Notes under the pieces: generated by a model
Database searches by the model: none
What the model was told of the DNA's origin: nothing
What the model saw: the letters and a program-made list of their open reading frames with translations, nothing else
Assembly: GCF_006345805.1 (NCBI RefSeq)
Contig: NC_043010.1
Span: 28,706,001 to 28,770,000 of the forward strand
Direction of reading: 5' to 3'
Length of the DNA stretch: 64,000 nucleotides
From: Octopus sinensis
Taxonomy: Eukaryota
Program-made: the position numbers and the translations under genes
Part shown: piece by piece, positions 12,129 through 24,760 of the stretch
How the letters are laid out: every line of letters starts with the position of its first letter
How positions within the stretch are numbered: the first letter of the stretch is position 1

Positions 12129-13146
12129 TGAGGGTGGGCTGAAAACTTAATAGGTTGACAATGAAGGAGTGATGCTAGAGCTGTGAAATCTTGCATGCAT
12201 CAATTTTAACTCTTCTTATTGATAACTGCTTTGTTTCTTTCCTGGTAAGCTGACATTTGACTGTTCAACGAAAACTTCAAAAATAGTAACTTATCTTGAA
12301 AATTTGGCAGTAAGATGTTATCAAATATCTGCAGAAAGCCCCCACATTAGAGGATTATGCTCCAGCTTTATCATTAGTGCAAATCTGGGCAGCTGGTTTA
12401 GGAGGGTAAGGGAGAGTCTTGAAGATGACCTAAGGTCTGAATGTCCTGCAACTACAACCATTGAGGAGAACATTGATTGTGTTCACTGCATGGTGATGGA
12501 TGACAGGTGATTGACTTCAAATCAAATAGTCAATGCTACTAGCATATCTCATGAGATAGTTGAGAATATTTTGCACAAGGAACTTAGCATGATGAAGGTT
12601 TCTACTCGGTGGGTGCCGCGTCGTCTGACACTTGATCAAAACTGCACTGGGCTGATCACATCACTGAAAAATCTGACATTATTTGAAATAGACCCAGCTG
12701 AGTGCTGGATTCATGATTATGAGCCAGTGACAAAAAGATAATTCATGCAGTAGAAACATCCCTCCTTACCTACCCCAAAAGGGTCTTGTTTCATCAGGAG
12801 AATGCTCCAGCACACAAATCCTTGGTTTCACTGGCTACTGTGCATGACTAGCTTTGAATCTGTTTACCTCCCTCCCTGTTCTCCTGATTTGGCCCTGTTT
12901 GACTCTCATCTATTCCCCAACATGAAAATACACTTGGCTGGGAAGCAGTATTGTAGTGATGATGACATCATATTTGCTATTGATAACTTTTTTTACCAAC
13001 AGCTTCTTCACCAATGGTATACAAGCACTGCACCACTGATGGAAGAAGTGTATTGGCTGCATTGCTATCTTGGAAAATAAAACCTCATTTGATTACATTC
13101 CATGAGAGTATCTTGAGTAGCTTATGAACTTTTTAACCAACCCTCA
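12129..13146 (+). mobile_element. Decayed mariner (Tc1/mariner) DNA transposon with internal deletion
   Basis: Imperfect TIRs tgagggtgggctgaaaa / tttttaaccaaccctca followed by TA. Transposase remnants include LEDDLRS, KVSTRWVPRRLT (WVPxxL motif), WIHDYEP and PPCSPDLALFDSHLF (YSPDLAPxD motif), with stops. Confidence 0.9.
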
Positions 13147-13284
13147 TACATATTCAGTCTAATGAACAGGAATTTGAAATTCGAATAACTTGATACTGAG
13201 ATGCTACCATAAATAACCATAAATAACTCTCAACATCTCACCTGTACCTACATACACTGTGTATGAAATGCATACACTGTATAT

Positions 13285-13472
13285 TCTCTTTTACTTGTTT
13301 CAGTCATTTGACTGTAGCTATGCTGGAGCTCCGTCTTTAGTCGAGCAAATAGACCCCAGGACTTATTCTTTGTAAGCCTAGTTCTTATTATATCAGTCTC
13401 TTTTGCCGAACCGCTAAGTTACGGGGACGTAAACACACTAGCATCGGTTGTCAAGCGATGTTGGGGGGACAA

Positions 13473-13503
<31 letters not shown>

Positions 13504-13675
13504 CATATATACGACGGGCTTCTTTCAGTTTCCGTCTACCAAATCCACTCACAAGGCTTTGGTTGGCCCGAGGCTATAGTAGAAGACACTTGCTCAAGGT
13601 GCCACGCAGTGGGACTGAACCCGGAACTATGTGGTTCGTAAGCAAGCTACTTACCACAAAGCCACTCCTACACCT
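13285..13675 (-). mobile_element. SINE family B (tRNA head, CORE-like ccttg.gcaagt segment, internal (TA/TG)n, (AAAAGAGT)-type tail), young full-length copy
   Basis: On the minus strand: A-box-like tggc.ttgtgg and B-box-like ggttcagtcc. Near-identical to 15449-15895 and the reverse complement of 34407-35140. Confidence 0.85.
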
Positions 13676-13833
13676 ACATATACACTATATATGTATATAT
13701 ACATATATAGCATCATTTAATGTCCACTTTTCCATGCATGAATCAGATTGGATTTGTTGAAGCAGATCTTTTATGGCTGGATGCCCTTCCTGTTGCCAAA
13801 TTTCACCAGTTTACAAACAAGATAATATTTCTC

Positions 13834-14244
13834 AGATCTTTTCGATTTGAACGGCAGTTTTTAACATAATTTCTAGGTAACTAAAAAATTAAAAACTTCG
13901 TATACTGGTAGAATGTGTTTATAAAACATCTTTTTCTCTTGGCTTTATTGAGAAAATTCTATAGTTTGTAAGATATTTGTTGTTTTTTTTCTTCAATTTC
14001 TGCAATTTCAACCAATCAGTGACATCTATTGAGGTAAAAAACATTCTGTGCCGTATGAATATGTCCCTCGTTTAAGAAACAGATTGGGTTTATTTACATT
14101 TGTGAAGAAAAAAAAATACCCTTCCCCCCATCCCTAACCCTAAAACAGATTGAAATGCGATAGATCGATACTAGGGTCATAATTATGGCTGACAATTTCA
14201 TATGACACCGCTGGAAAAAACTGCCATTCAAACTGAAAAGATCC
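13834..14244. mobile_element. MITE with ~28-bp TIRs and 8-bp TSD (TATTTCTC)
   Basis: Left end agatcttttcgatttgaacggcagtttt, right end aaaactgccattcaaactgaaaagatcc. TATTTCTC at 13826-13833 and 14245-14252. Confidence 0.85.
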
Positions 14245-14902
14245 TATTTCTCTATGGAAGAATGATAATGAGCAACTTTGCTTGTATGATAGTGATACAT
14301 TGATGTTAAAATGAGTGCACACACATGCTCACGCACACATATGATGAGCTTTTTTTACTTTCTGTCTACAAAATCCACTCACAAGGTTTTGGTCATCTTC
14401 AGGCTTATTGTAGAAGACACTTATCCAAGCTGCTGCCCGGTGGTACTGAACTCAAGATTATTTGATTGGGAAGTAAGCTTCTTAATCACACAGCTACATC
14501 TGAGCCTACACTCTGTGTGTGTGTGTGTACATAGTGTATGTTACATGAGCTTTAGTGTGCCTAAATGTGTTTTTGTAAGGTCAGGACTGAGGAAAACGGA
14601 GTCAGTGCAGTCTTAGTTGCCAACAGTTCATACCAAAGAATTTCCCAGTAAAATGGCTAAAAATAGCATAAACAGAGTATTTTTGTGGTATGCACTGATA
14701 TGACCTGCAGCATTTAGCGGAAAGGTGTCTGGCTGTGAAGGAATCACATCTTGGAAATTGTTTTTTGGATATTCAATTCAGAAATTTTTGTAACACAAGG
14801 TTTCCAAAGTACAACCGTCAGTTCTTTACCAAATTCAATGTTGACTTTTAAAAGATAATCTTTCCATCATTCTATCTTTCTGTCTGTCTGTCTTTCTCTC
14901 TC

Positions 14903-14979
<77 letters not shown>

Positions 14980-15007
14980 TACATGTGGGGGTGTGTGTAT
15001 ATGCATC

Positions 15008-15383
15008 TTTTACTTTTTTCAGTCATGAAACTTTGCCCATGCTGGGGCAGTGCCTTAAAGAATCTTAGTCAAACGAATTGACTCTTGTATTTTTCTTTTA
15101 AGCCTGGTACTTACTCTGTTGGGCTCATTTGCTGAACTGCTAAGTTCAAGGATGTAAACCCATCAACAATAGTTGTCAGGTGGTAATGGTTGCGTACAAA
15201 CACAGACGCAAAGGCACACACACAGACATGATAGGTTTCTATCAGTTTCCATCTACAAAATCCACTTGCTCAATCTATGACTGTAGTAGAAGACATTTTA
15301 CCTGAAGTGCCACACAGTGAGACTGAACTCAAAACTGTGTGGTTGGGAAGCAAACATCTGACCACACACCCACACCTGTGCCT
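15008..15383 (-). mobile_element. SINE family B, diverged copy
   Basis: Same motif order as 13285-13675. Confidence 0.7.
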
Positions 15384-15448
15384 ATATGTGTATATATATA
15401 TCATCATCATCATCATTGTTTAACGTCCGTTTTCCATGCTAGCAGAGG

Positions 15449-15666
15449 TTACTCTTTTACTTGTTTCAGTCATTTGACTGTGGCCATGCTAGAGCACTGC
15501 CTTTAGTCGAGCAAATCGACCCCGGGACTTATTCTTTGTAAGCCCAGTATTTATTCTATCGGTCTCTTTTGCCGAACCGCTAAGTGACGGGGACGTAAAC
15601 ACACCAGCATCGATTGTCAAGCAATGCTAGGGGGACAAACACATACACACACACACACACACACAC

Positions 15667-15732
<66 letters not shown>

Positions 15733-15895
15733 TATATACGACAGGCTTCTTTCAGTTTCCGTCTACCAAATCCACTCACAAGGCTTTGGTCAGCCCGGGG
15801 CTATAGCAGAAGACACTTGCCCAAAGTGCCACGCAGTGGGACTGAACCCAGAACCATGTGGTTGGTTAGCAAGCTACTTACCACACAGCCACTCC
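15449..15895 (-). mobile_element. SINE family B, young full-length copy
   Basis: Near-identical to 13285-13675 but with a longer internal (CA)/(TA) tract. Confidence 0.85.
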
Positions 15896-16177
15896 GGGTT
15901 ATATATATATTTATTTATTTGTTCTAAATTTGAAGCTGGATTTAATGCTCAGTTTGATGACTAAAAAAAATTGAAATTCTGGGTCACAGTAGTGAGAAAC
16001 TTCTGTTTGGATGAATATATAAATTTATGTATGGAGTACTTTTGCCTCATGTTTGTTAATTCATATATCTGTACATACACAGACATTATTTTTATTTCCT
16101 TCATTTCTTCTATACATTAGTAGTAGTACAAACGCCATAACACTACATCAACATGGTTACTCTTCTTTTAACTTCTT

Positions 16178-16535
16178 TTACTTGTTTTCAGTCATTGCAT
16201 TGCGGTCATGCTGGGGCACCATAGTGAAAAGATTAGTCAAACAAATTGAGCTCAGTACTTATTTTCTAGATCTGGTACTTATTCCCTTGGTCTCTTTTGC
16301 TAAACCACTAATGTTACAAGGACATAAACCAACCCCAGTTGTGAAGTGGTGGGAAGGGACAAACATAAAATCACACTCACATATACAACAAGCTTCCACA
16401 CTGTTTCCATTTACCAAATTCACACATTAGGCAATGACCAGCTTGGAGTTTTAGTAGAAGACACTTCCCTACAGTGCTGTGCAGGGGATTGAACCCAAAA
16501 CCATGTGATAGCAAAGTGAGTTTCTTGATTACACA
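16178..16535 (-). mobile_element. SINE family B, diverged copy
   Basis: ttttacttgttttcagtcatt ... agtagaagacactt ... gaacccaaaaccatgtg. Confidence 0.7.
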
Positions 16536-17084
16536 AATTGTGATGGAAACCATTTTATTATGGAAAACATTAGTGGTTATTTAAAGTTTTAATTTTCACT
16601 TTCTTTGTTTTACATTTTGAAAATTCAAATTGATCAAACTGTAATACTGGTTTCACATACTGAAATTTTAAGTATAATTGTAACGGAATTGAAAAATAAA
16701 CTCAAATGAGACTAAAATTTCTTAAGTCTGAAATTTGATCAATGTAATTATTTAATAATTCTGAGTTAGAAAAACAAAACTTAAAACAAAATTAGTTTTA
16801 GTTACTTCTTCTCTCATTCACACATTTTTGCTTTATGAAAATTTCTCTCTTATTTATTTATTTTTTCATCAAGCTGACATTTCATATAGAAAAACCTGTA
16901 AAAACTTGAAAAGTAGACCAAGAAACTTGCAGTCGACAAACACATTTCTTAATTTGTGATACATATTTATTGTCAGTATATAGTGAAAACAATAGTCTAC
17001 GGTTTTGACTATATATATATATATATATATATATTGTTTGCACACACACATCATTTTAGTTTTGACTGGGATTTCAAGTTACAC

Positions 17085-17320
17085 TTCTTATTTCTTTATT
17101 GCCCACAAGGGGCTAAACATAAAGGGGACAAACAAGGACATACAAAGGGATTAAGTCAATTACATCGACCCCAGTGCGCAACTGGTGCTTAATTTATCAA
17201 CCCTGAAAGGATGAAAGGCAAAGTCGACCTCAGCAGAATTTGAACTCAGAACGTGATGGCAGATGAAATACCACTAAGCATTTCGCCTGGTGTGTTAACG
17301 TTTCTGCCAGCTTGCCACCT
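17085..17320 (-). mobile_element. SINE family A variant with a different 3' tail
   Basis: Minus-strand head ggtggcaagctggcagaaacgttaac..., and tail ...agccccttgtgggcaataaagaaataag instead of ggccttgtgcc...(att)n. Confidence 0.75.
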
Positions 17321-18184
17321 TCTGTAAGCCATTTGGTGAGACTACAGTCCCAATAAAATTCATTATATATAATACACACACACATATGCATTGGCCAAGT
17401 CTCTTGCTACTCTGAGATTTGCCTGTAGGTGCACAAGGTCCTCGGGCAAGTTGAAAAATGATGGCATTTACACACACACACACGCACATATAGGATTCAA
17501 AATAGAATTATTAATTTCTACTTTGATATCAACTATTCTTTGTGTTGGCAGTCAACACTAAATGTGTGTGTGTATTGGTGGTAAAATATTAAGAAATTAA
17601 TTTTTGATTGAGTGACGAATGTAGCTGTTCAGTGAGGAAGTCTCTGAGAAAATTTTCTGCTGCATTCCCACCTTATCTATAATTGAGCAGTAGTAGACGT
17701 TGCTGCTCCAGGTCACCTGCCAGGTGCTACGTAACTCCCCCCCCCACTCCATATATTGTTCCTTATATACCAAATAACTCATTAATGGTATAGTGTCCAG
17801 TGGGACAGTCTGGCCATGTAGTGTTCTCTCCATTGTTCACTCTGTTTCTGTACATTTCTTGCTATTTATTCCATGTTAAGCTCCTACTGAGCAGAACTGT
17901 GATCTGAGACATTCCTGTTTTGACCATCCTATCCAGGACTAAAATGTCTAATTCATCCTTTCATTATTTATAGCAGTAGGGTGTTATTTGAGGTAGATGT
18001 AGCTGGTATTTCTAGCAGATTGAGTCGCTGTATATTTGCTGATTTTTCTGTGCACCGTAGAATCAGGTAACAGGCCAAGGTATTATCTCTGTGATATGTA
18101 TTCACGTCTTGTTCTGTAGAATCTGGTGGTTAGCCAAGGTACACTTGGACAGAGTATGATTTCAATGATAAAGTTGAAGAATAA

Positions 18185-18576
18185 TCTCTATATATATAAA
18201 GCTGAAGTAATCTGTGTATGGCAGGTTTGGTAGCCTTCAACTAACACTATCTCCTCCGAGACCCTGCGGCGCAAGTTGACCAAAATTGAGAGTATGATAG
18301 AAGAAGGCTTGCTCTTCCTTCCGTAAAAGAAAAAATTCAAATCGGACCATGTTAACACCAAAAATTATTTACATCAAAAAGCTGCTTTTTTTCTATGAAA
18401 ATCCCTATTTTTTATGATTTTTTGACTGCTGTGTTGCCATTTTTCGGTGTATTTCAACCAGAAAAATGTTCACTTAAAGAGAATAACAGGCTACATAATG
18501 CAAAATTTTTACTTTTCAAAAATTCCAATTCTAAAGGGTCAAAACAAACCCGAGCAATGCCAGTCAATACTGCTAG
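18185..18576 (+). mobile_element. Non-autonomous Helitron
   Basis: 5' TC start, 3' CTAG end, inserted between A and T with no TSD, and a decayed subterminal GC hairpin. A second copy lies at 61879-62268. Confidence 0.8.
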
Positions 18577-21500
18577 TAAAATAATAAGATTGAAGAATTA
18601 TTCTGTTGCTTTTAAGAGATTGATGTTTGAGCTATTGACTATTTCTCCCTAGTGCAGCTCAACTTACTGTTGTATTGAACTAACACCTGGTTAACTGTAC
18701 TTTTGTAGGCTCATTGTAAGGTTATTGCTTGAGTGATTATAAGACATTGACTTTAAAAAGTTCATCAACCTAGATGTACAGATATAAAACATCTGGTTTG
18801 TATGTATGTCAGCTTGACTTAAAACCCCATTATTATATCAAGTCTTATGGTTAACAAGTTTGCTTCACAACCACATGATTCTAAGTTCAATCCTGCTGTA
18901 CTGCATCTTCAGCAGGTTTATTTTAGCAGGCTTGGTTGTAAATAAGAAGCATATTTCCCAACCATGTAAGATGTAAACACCCACCACATTGTTAATTAGT
19001 GTCAAATATTACATTATGTGTATGTGTCATAGCTGGCTGGGTCAGCAGAACTTCAGATGATTGACAAAAGAATATTGTCTTTACACCTGTCACTAGCATA
19101 ACACATCCAGTGGAGCATGCTTTCTTCATTTCTCTCCAACCTATTGTTATCTACTGTACTACAGATATAACCAAGACACCTAGCACTAGCTGATTCAGCA
19201 CACTTTCTCACTCTGCATTCCATGTCAGTTTCTCTACTAAATCCAAGAACTATAAGTCAAAGTAGAAGAAAGTACCAGTGGCATGAATTTGTTTAAGGTG
19301 GACCTCAACTTGCCAGAAAGTGACCCACACACTTGATTTCATGACCTTCCTCTGTGGCACACATAGAATGAAACATGCAGGATTCAGTTATGAAGCTGCA
19401 ACAGACTTCCACTAACCTGGTTATAGTTATGAGTGGCACCTTCTGTAGCATGTCTGTCATGCGTAGCCCTCATCTGTTCATTCAGCTGTTGAAATTTGTT
19501 GTACTCATCATCCACTTGTTCCATTGTTCGTTATCTACAGCATAGGCATCTTATAATCAACCACATACAGGAGGTGGTTAAATGTCATACTATAACAATT
19601 GCATATGTATCTATTCCTGGTTTAACATGTTGTTAATTCAAAACAGGTGTTAGTACCAGGATTAAATTGGAATAAATAGAAGGTTCCATGAAGTATTTTT
19701 CATTAAAAATCAGTTGCATTTTTACAGGGTTTATTTTTAATCTATAAAAATATCTTTCAATCAGTGGTAGATTATTTTTAACACCTGTTTGTTATTGGAA
19801 CTTATGTTTCTAGAATCTTCAACAGTAAAATTCTTAGGCTCCTATTTTTCTTGAGTTATGGAATTGTTAATAAGCCACTATCATCAAATTCATTTGCAGT
19901 ATTTTTTTTTTTTGGTGTTTGTGTGTTCTATTTTTCTCCCCTGCTCAATATAGAGAAACAGTTTTAGGATCTGTAGCGTTATGTGTTGGCTCTTATATTT
20001 CTTCAGATTCTTGAAGCATATGTATGTATGTATATATTTTTTCTAAAATTCACTTTCAGAGTCTAGAAGAAAGGGCTAGTGGCTTTTACAGGCAACCATC
20101 TGGTTCGCCAGCCCTCAGTCAAAATCGTCCAACCCATGCTAGCATGGAAAGCGGGCGTTAAACGATGATGATGATGCAAGTGTCTTCACAGACTCTGAGG
20201 CTAGAGAGCTTGATGCCATTAATGATCTCCTTAAACAATAGCAAGTCAACAACAGTTACAGGGAAAGACTGAGCAGGGAGGGCGTTCCAGAGGGGGGACA
20301 TTCTGAGGAAGATGGACAGTAGTAGTGAGTGTGGACCTAGTAGGATAGGTGGATGTAACTAGCATGATGAGAGAAGGAGAGACAAGTAGGCTGGGAATAC
20401 CTGAGTAAAGCCGGTAAGAGTCCAGCAAACTCTGTGGATCAGAAGAGTTATACAAGTTTTGTTTCTGTTATTTCACTTAACCATTAAGTATTTTTGCCAG
20501 TCCTTTGTGGATACCTGTCTGATAACTTTAGAATTACTTTTCAGCTATACTTGTTTTGAACATTCTCACCCATGGGACTCCACCTATTGTCTGTACTCCT
20601 CCCTAAATATCTTCTTATTGGTGTTGCATTGCTTTTTATTTTGGTATTCTTGATAAATTATTTTGTATTTTTATTCCAAACATTGTTAGAACTTTCCCTA
20701 AGAATGAGTGGATTCTTCACAATTTAGTGAAGATCTCTTCTCTGTTTTTATTCCAGGTATAACACCTTGATATTTTGTATTTTTCTAGTATTTGTCTGTC
20801 TGTCTTTTTATCCTTTTGTGTCTCTTGACAATCTCATTAAGAATTAAGAAAACTTTCAGTTTAATTTCCACTTTTCTGTCTTGGTTTTTTTATGTTTAAG
20901 ATTAGATTTTCTTTTATAAAAAGCTTGAAATTTAGGTGGAAGGAAGTTGGCATTCTTCTTTCTGACTACTGCAGGTAACTACATAGATTAACTGTTATTG
21001 TGGTGAAAACCCAAGTCAGCCTTATAGACCTATAATCAAAAATATCCAAAGCTTTGACCATCCTGCTTTCTTAGGGCTGTATCTTTCATCTTTTACTTGT
21101 TTCAATCATTATGCTGGGGCAACACCTTGAAAATTTTTAGTCAAATGCAGCAACTCCAGTACTTATTCATTTGTTAAGCCATATTCTCTTTTGCCAAAGG
21201 GACTGAGGGGGCTTTTACTTGTTTCTTTTTTATATTCTTTTCTTGCAAATTGCTTGACAACCTCACTCCTACTGGTGGTATGAGAAAATCCCCCAGTACA
21301 TTCTGTAAAATAGTTGGCATTTGGAAGGGCATTCAACAGTAAAACCCATGCCAACGTTGTCATAGGGTCTTGTCACAGTGGCATTGCTCACTAGATCCTG
21401 TCAAACTATCCAACCTATGCCTGATGGAGAATGGAAACTAAATGATGAGGATGCTTGAAAGTTCTACCTTGTAGCTAGACTCCTTCATAGACTTGGCATA

Positions 21501-22778
21501 AATTGACTGATTTTTCCTGGTGATATTAATATCTTTGATTGTTTTCAGAATATCTGATGGCCAAGTCTTTTTCTTTTTCCATTGTTGTGATTTTTATCTT
21601 CTAAATTTTAGAGGGAGGCTGGGATCATTTGGTCCAAAAGAAGATTCCATCTTTAGATTATTCATGTATTCAAAATAAAATAACTAGCTTTAGATCTTCT
21701 TTTTAGATCTCTTCCATATTCTTCTGTTCCTGTTTTTGTGTCTGTGTGTATTGGCCTTTGTTTAGTCAATATTCTTAAAGTATGTTACTGTTTTTTTGTT
21801 TTTTTTTACTTCTTTTGTTTAAACTTTCAATACTTCTCTTCTAATCCTTTACATTCTCACTATTTATCTTCTGTCTGTCTTTTTATATTTTATTTTTATT
21901 GTTTGTAATTTTGATGTCTGTTTTTGTTCATTGTTTGAGGTTTTATTGCTTATAGTCTTTCTTTCTGTTTTTTGTAAGTGTTCAGTTTTCTATGCTTGAT
22001 AGCTTTTTGATTTTTAAGTATGCATTTGTTTAAATTAGCTCATCTGTTGAGATCCAGAGTTACTTCTAGGTCAAGGTTATTTTCTCTTCAGATATTAAAC
22101 ATGTACAGTATGTGTCATTTTCTGTGCTGGTATACAGCTGTAAAATATGCATGTTGGAATGTATTTGCCTTGGTACTGTTCATGATTTATTGTTTTATTT
22201 CCAAGGTTTAGTCAGATTTTAGTCAGATTTTAGTCAGATTTGCATCATTTTTATTGAATATTCCTGTATCCATTACTGTTGAAGCAACATTTTCCATAAT
22301 TAGGCTATAAGATGATGTATTAAATGCTGTGTGCAAAAAATTCCTAATTAATGTAAATTTCCCTCTTAGTTGAAGAAAGAAAACAGAATCTAGTAGTGAT
22401 TGTTAGTGACTGTCAAGGGAGACTCACATCCATATAAATATAGAACTTGTAAACTTGGAAACAAACAGACTTGGAGTGGGGAGGGCATGTCATTGATCCA
22501 GTCAATAACAGCAAATAAAGGACTTTGACAAACCTGGCTAACTGTTTGAATGACTGAGTGATTAACAAGCAGGGAAGTTAAATGGTTAATCATAGTGAAA
22601 TATAACTAGTGCATGTGTTTATTACTAGCAGAATGACCTTCCTGAGATACAACAAAATATGTTTCAACACACAATTTCACATCTTGCAATCCAAATGCAG
22701 AAACAAAGAATTAATTTCTCAGATTTAACTTTCATACTCAGAGGAAGGAAAATCTGATGTTTGAGGGCAAGGGAGATG

Positions 22779-22820
22779 ACTATGGACATGTTTCAATCTG
22801 TTAGACCTCATCAGTACAGC
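22779..22820 (-). ncRNA. Type-I hammerhead ribozyme motif (partly decayed)
   Basis: Minus strand: gctgta CTGATGA ggtc-taaca-gatt GAAA catgT C catagt. Helix III is palindromic (acatgt); the first pair of helix I is mismatched. Confidence 0.55.
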
Positions 22821-23314
22821 CTACTGAAGCCTGCTAATCAGTTGACATATTTTTATATATAAAAGATAAAAACAAAAGTTACGAACATTTTTGGGACAGT
22901 AAAGATAATTAGATTAAGAAATAATCTATTGAATCCACTATACATTGTTTTTGTTTTGTTAATTGAAATTTAGCATATTCTGTCATTCTTGTTATCAAAT
23001 TTAAAGCACACATTCTCCTTTTAAACTGAGGTTGAATATGATTATAGTTTTTTTTGTTTGCATTTGACATGCTTTGTATTCAGTTAGCTTTTTTTTGTCT
23101 GGTATTGGGATAAGTTGTTCTGTTAATGTTTTTTATAAATGGCATCCTGTTGACAGTGCAAATTCTCAGAATACGTAGTTTATGTGAGGCACACCAAAAT
23201 ACCTTATTATTTTACATAGCTCTCCTTAAACCTGTAAGTCAGTTGTTTGTGGGGTTGTTTTTGCTGTTAATTCATTGATGCTTAAAGATAACTTTTTCAA
23301 ACTTACTGCTGCTG

Positions 23315-23540
23315 CTGTGAGCTGGTAAAATCATTAGCACACTGGACAAATTGTTTAGTGGCATTTTGTCTCTGTCGTTACATTCTGAGTTCAAATGCTG
23401 CCAAGGTTAACTTTACTTCTCATCCTTCCATGATTGATAAAATAAAGTACTAGTTGAGCACTGAGCTTGATGTAACCAACTAGCCCTCTCTGCCAAAGAT
23501 TTTCTGGCTTTGTGACCAGAGTAGAAAGGATTATTATTAT
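23315..23540 (+). mobile_element. SINE family A copy with (ATT)n tail
   Basis: Full motif series ending gtagaaaggattattattatt. Confidence 0.8.
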
Positions 23541-24200
23541 TAAGGTGATGAGCTGGCAAAATCATGAGGACACCAGGCGAAATGCTTAGTGGTATTTCGC
23601 CTGAATTCAAATTCTGCTGAAGTTGACTTAGCCTTTCGTCCTTTCAGGGTCGATAAATTCAGAGTGACTCTGGGGTAAAATATACAAAGCCCAGTATACC
23701 CATCATGACTACCCATTTGATAGGGTATACCAGGCACATGCATCACAACCATATGTGCGAGACATAGTGATCTCATATTAAGATAAACAGCGCATGACTT
23801 TGCAGGTGGGGCCCAGTTAGGATTTTTTTCAGGTTGAGTAGCCCATCCTGCTCAAAAAGTCCCTGAATAAGAGTTGTTTAAAGAATGTTGAACAAAACAG
23901 CCATGTTTCGAGAGGTGAATTATCCAAATCCCAAAGAATTCCTCACAACACATGGCTATGATGCTGCCCCACTACTTCTGCTCGTGATCAGAGATGCACA
24001 TATCATCAACCACTAAGGGACATGCTCAACCGGTTACGGTCGAACAACTGACAAGCAAATCTGTAGTATTGAGCAAAATATTTGCTGTAGCCCATCTTTT
24101 ATACCAAGACAAAACAATGTACATGATAACACTTGCAACCAGTTAAGATCAAAGGCCATGAGAGCCACTGTCTGCTACTGCATCAGGGCTTTTATTATTA
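23541..24200 (+). mobile_element. Family A head fused to a ~540-bp unrelated body (long or composite non-autonomous retroposon)
   Basis: Head aaggtgatgagctggcaaaatc...cctttcagggtcgataaatt, then non-A sequence ending gcatcagggcttttattatt. Confidence 0.55.
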
Positions 24201-24760
24201 CCGCCTTTAACTGGGAGGGCAAGGCAGTTTTCTTTTGCCTAGTGGCTGTAGCGAAAGAGGTTGTATGGTGGACCCGTTTGAAAGGGCTAAGGTCAGACAC
24301 TTTCCTCTTTGGCCCAGGCCTCATCAACTTTTTCAAGTTCCACTTGAAAAGGAAGGTGAGAGTAGAGAGGGAAGTGCTGTCCAATAGCAAGTTTGCTGAA
24401 AGGTGGATAAATGTTGCAAGAATGGCTAGTATGAAAGGAGCCATTCTGAGGTTACAATTGTGATTTAAAAAGGTAATATAAAAGGAGAAAGGGGCTCTCT
24501 ACCCACCTTTTGACCAGTCTCCCGTTGGCTTTTATGGATTTTTTCCACCAGGAACCTTTCGTAACGCCTCCACCTATTGGGAGTTTTTCGTTGTTATAAT
24601 TTTGATTGTTACACTGTTTTTACATGGTTTTTTTAGAAATAGACAAAACCCTTTGTAACCTTTCGTCCTGTTTTGTCCCTTTTGTGTTATAATTAATTTT
24701 TGTCAGCCCTTGTAGCCAATAAAAGAATTAATTATTATTATTAATTATTATTATTATTAG
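24201..24760 (+). mobile_element. 5'-truncated L1/Tx1-like LINE 3' end
   Basis: Peptide ...LVAVAKEVVWWTRLK...FFKFHLKRKVRVEREVL...FAERW resembles the ORF2 C-terminus of Tx1/L1-group elements (from recall). It is followed by a T-rich UTR, AATAAA and an (ATT)n tail. Confidence 0.55.

Noticed and set aside
14132-14143. CCCTAACCCTAA as an interstitial telomere
   Set aside because: Only two units, and they are internal to a MITE.
20450-22300. Second decayed Dong/R4-like LINE on the minus strand
   Set aside because: The A-rich minus strand and faint motif echoes are suggestive, but no motif could be read confidently without a translated search.
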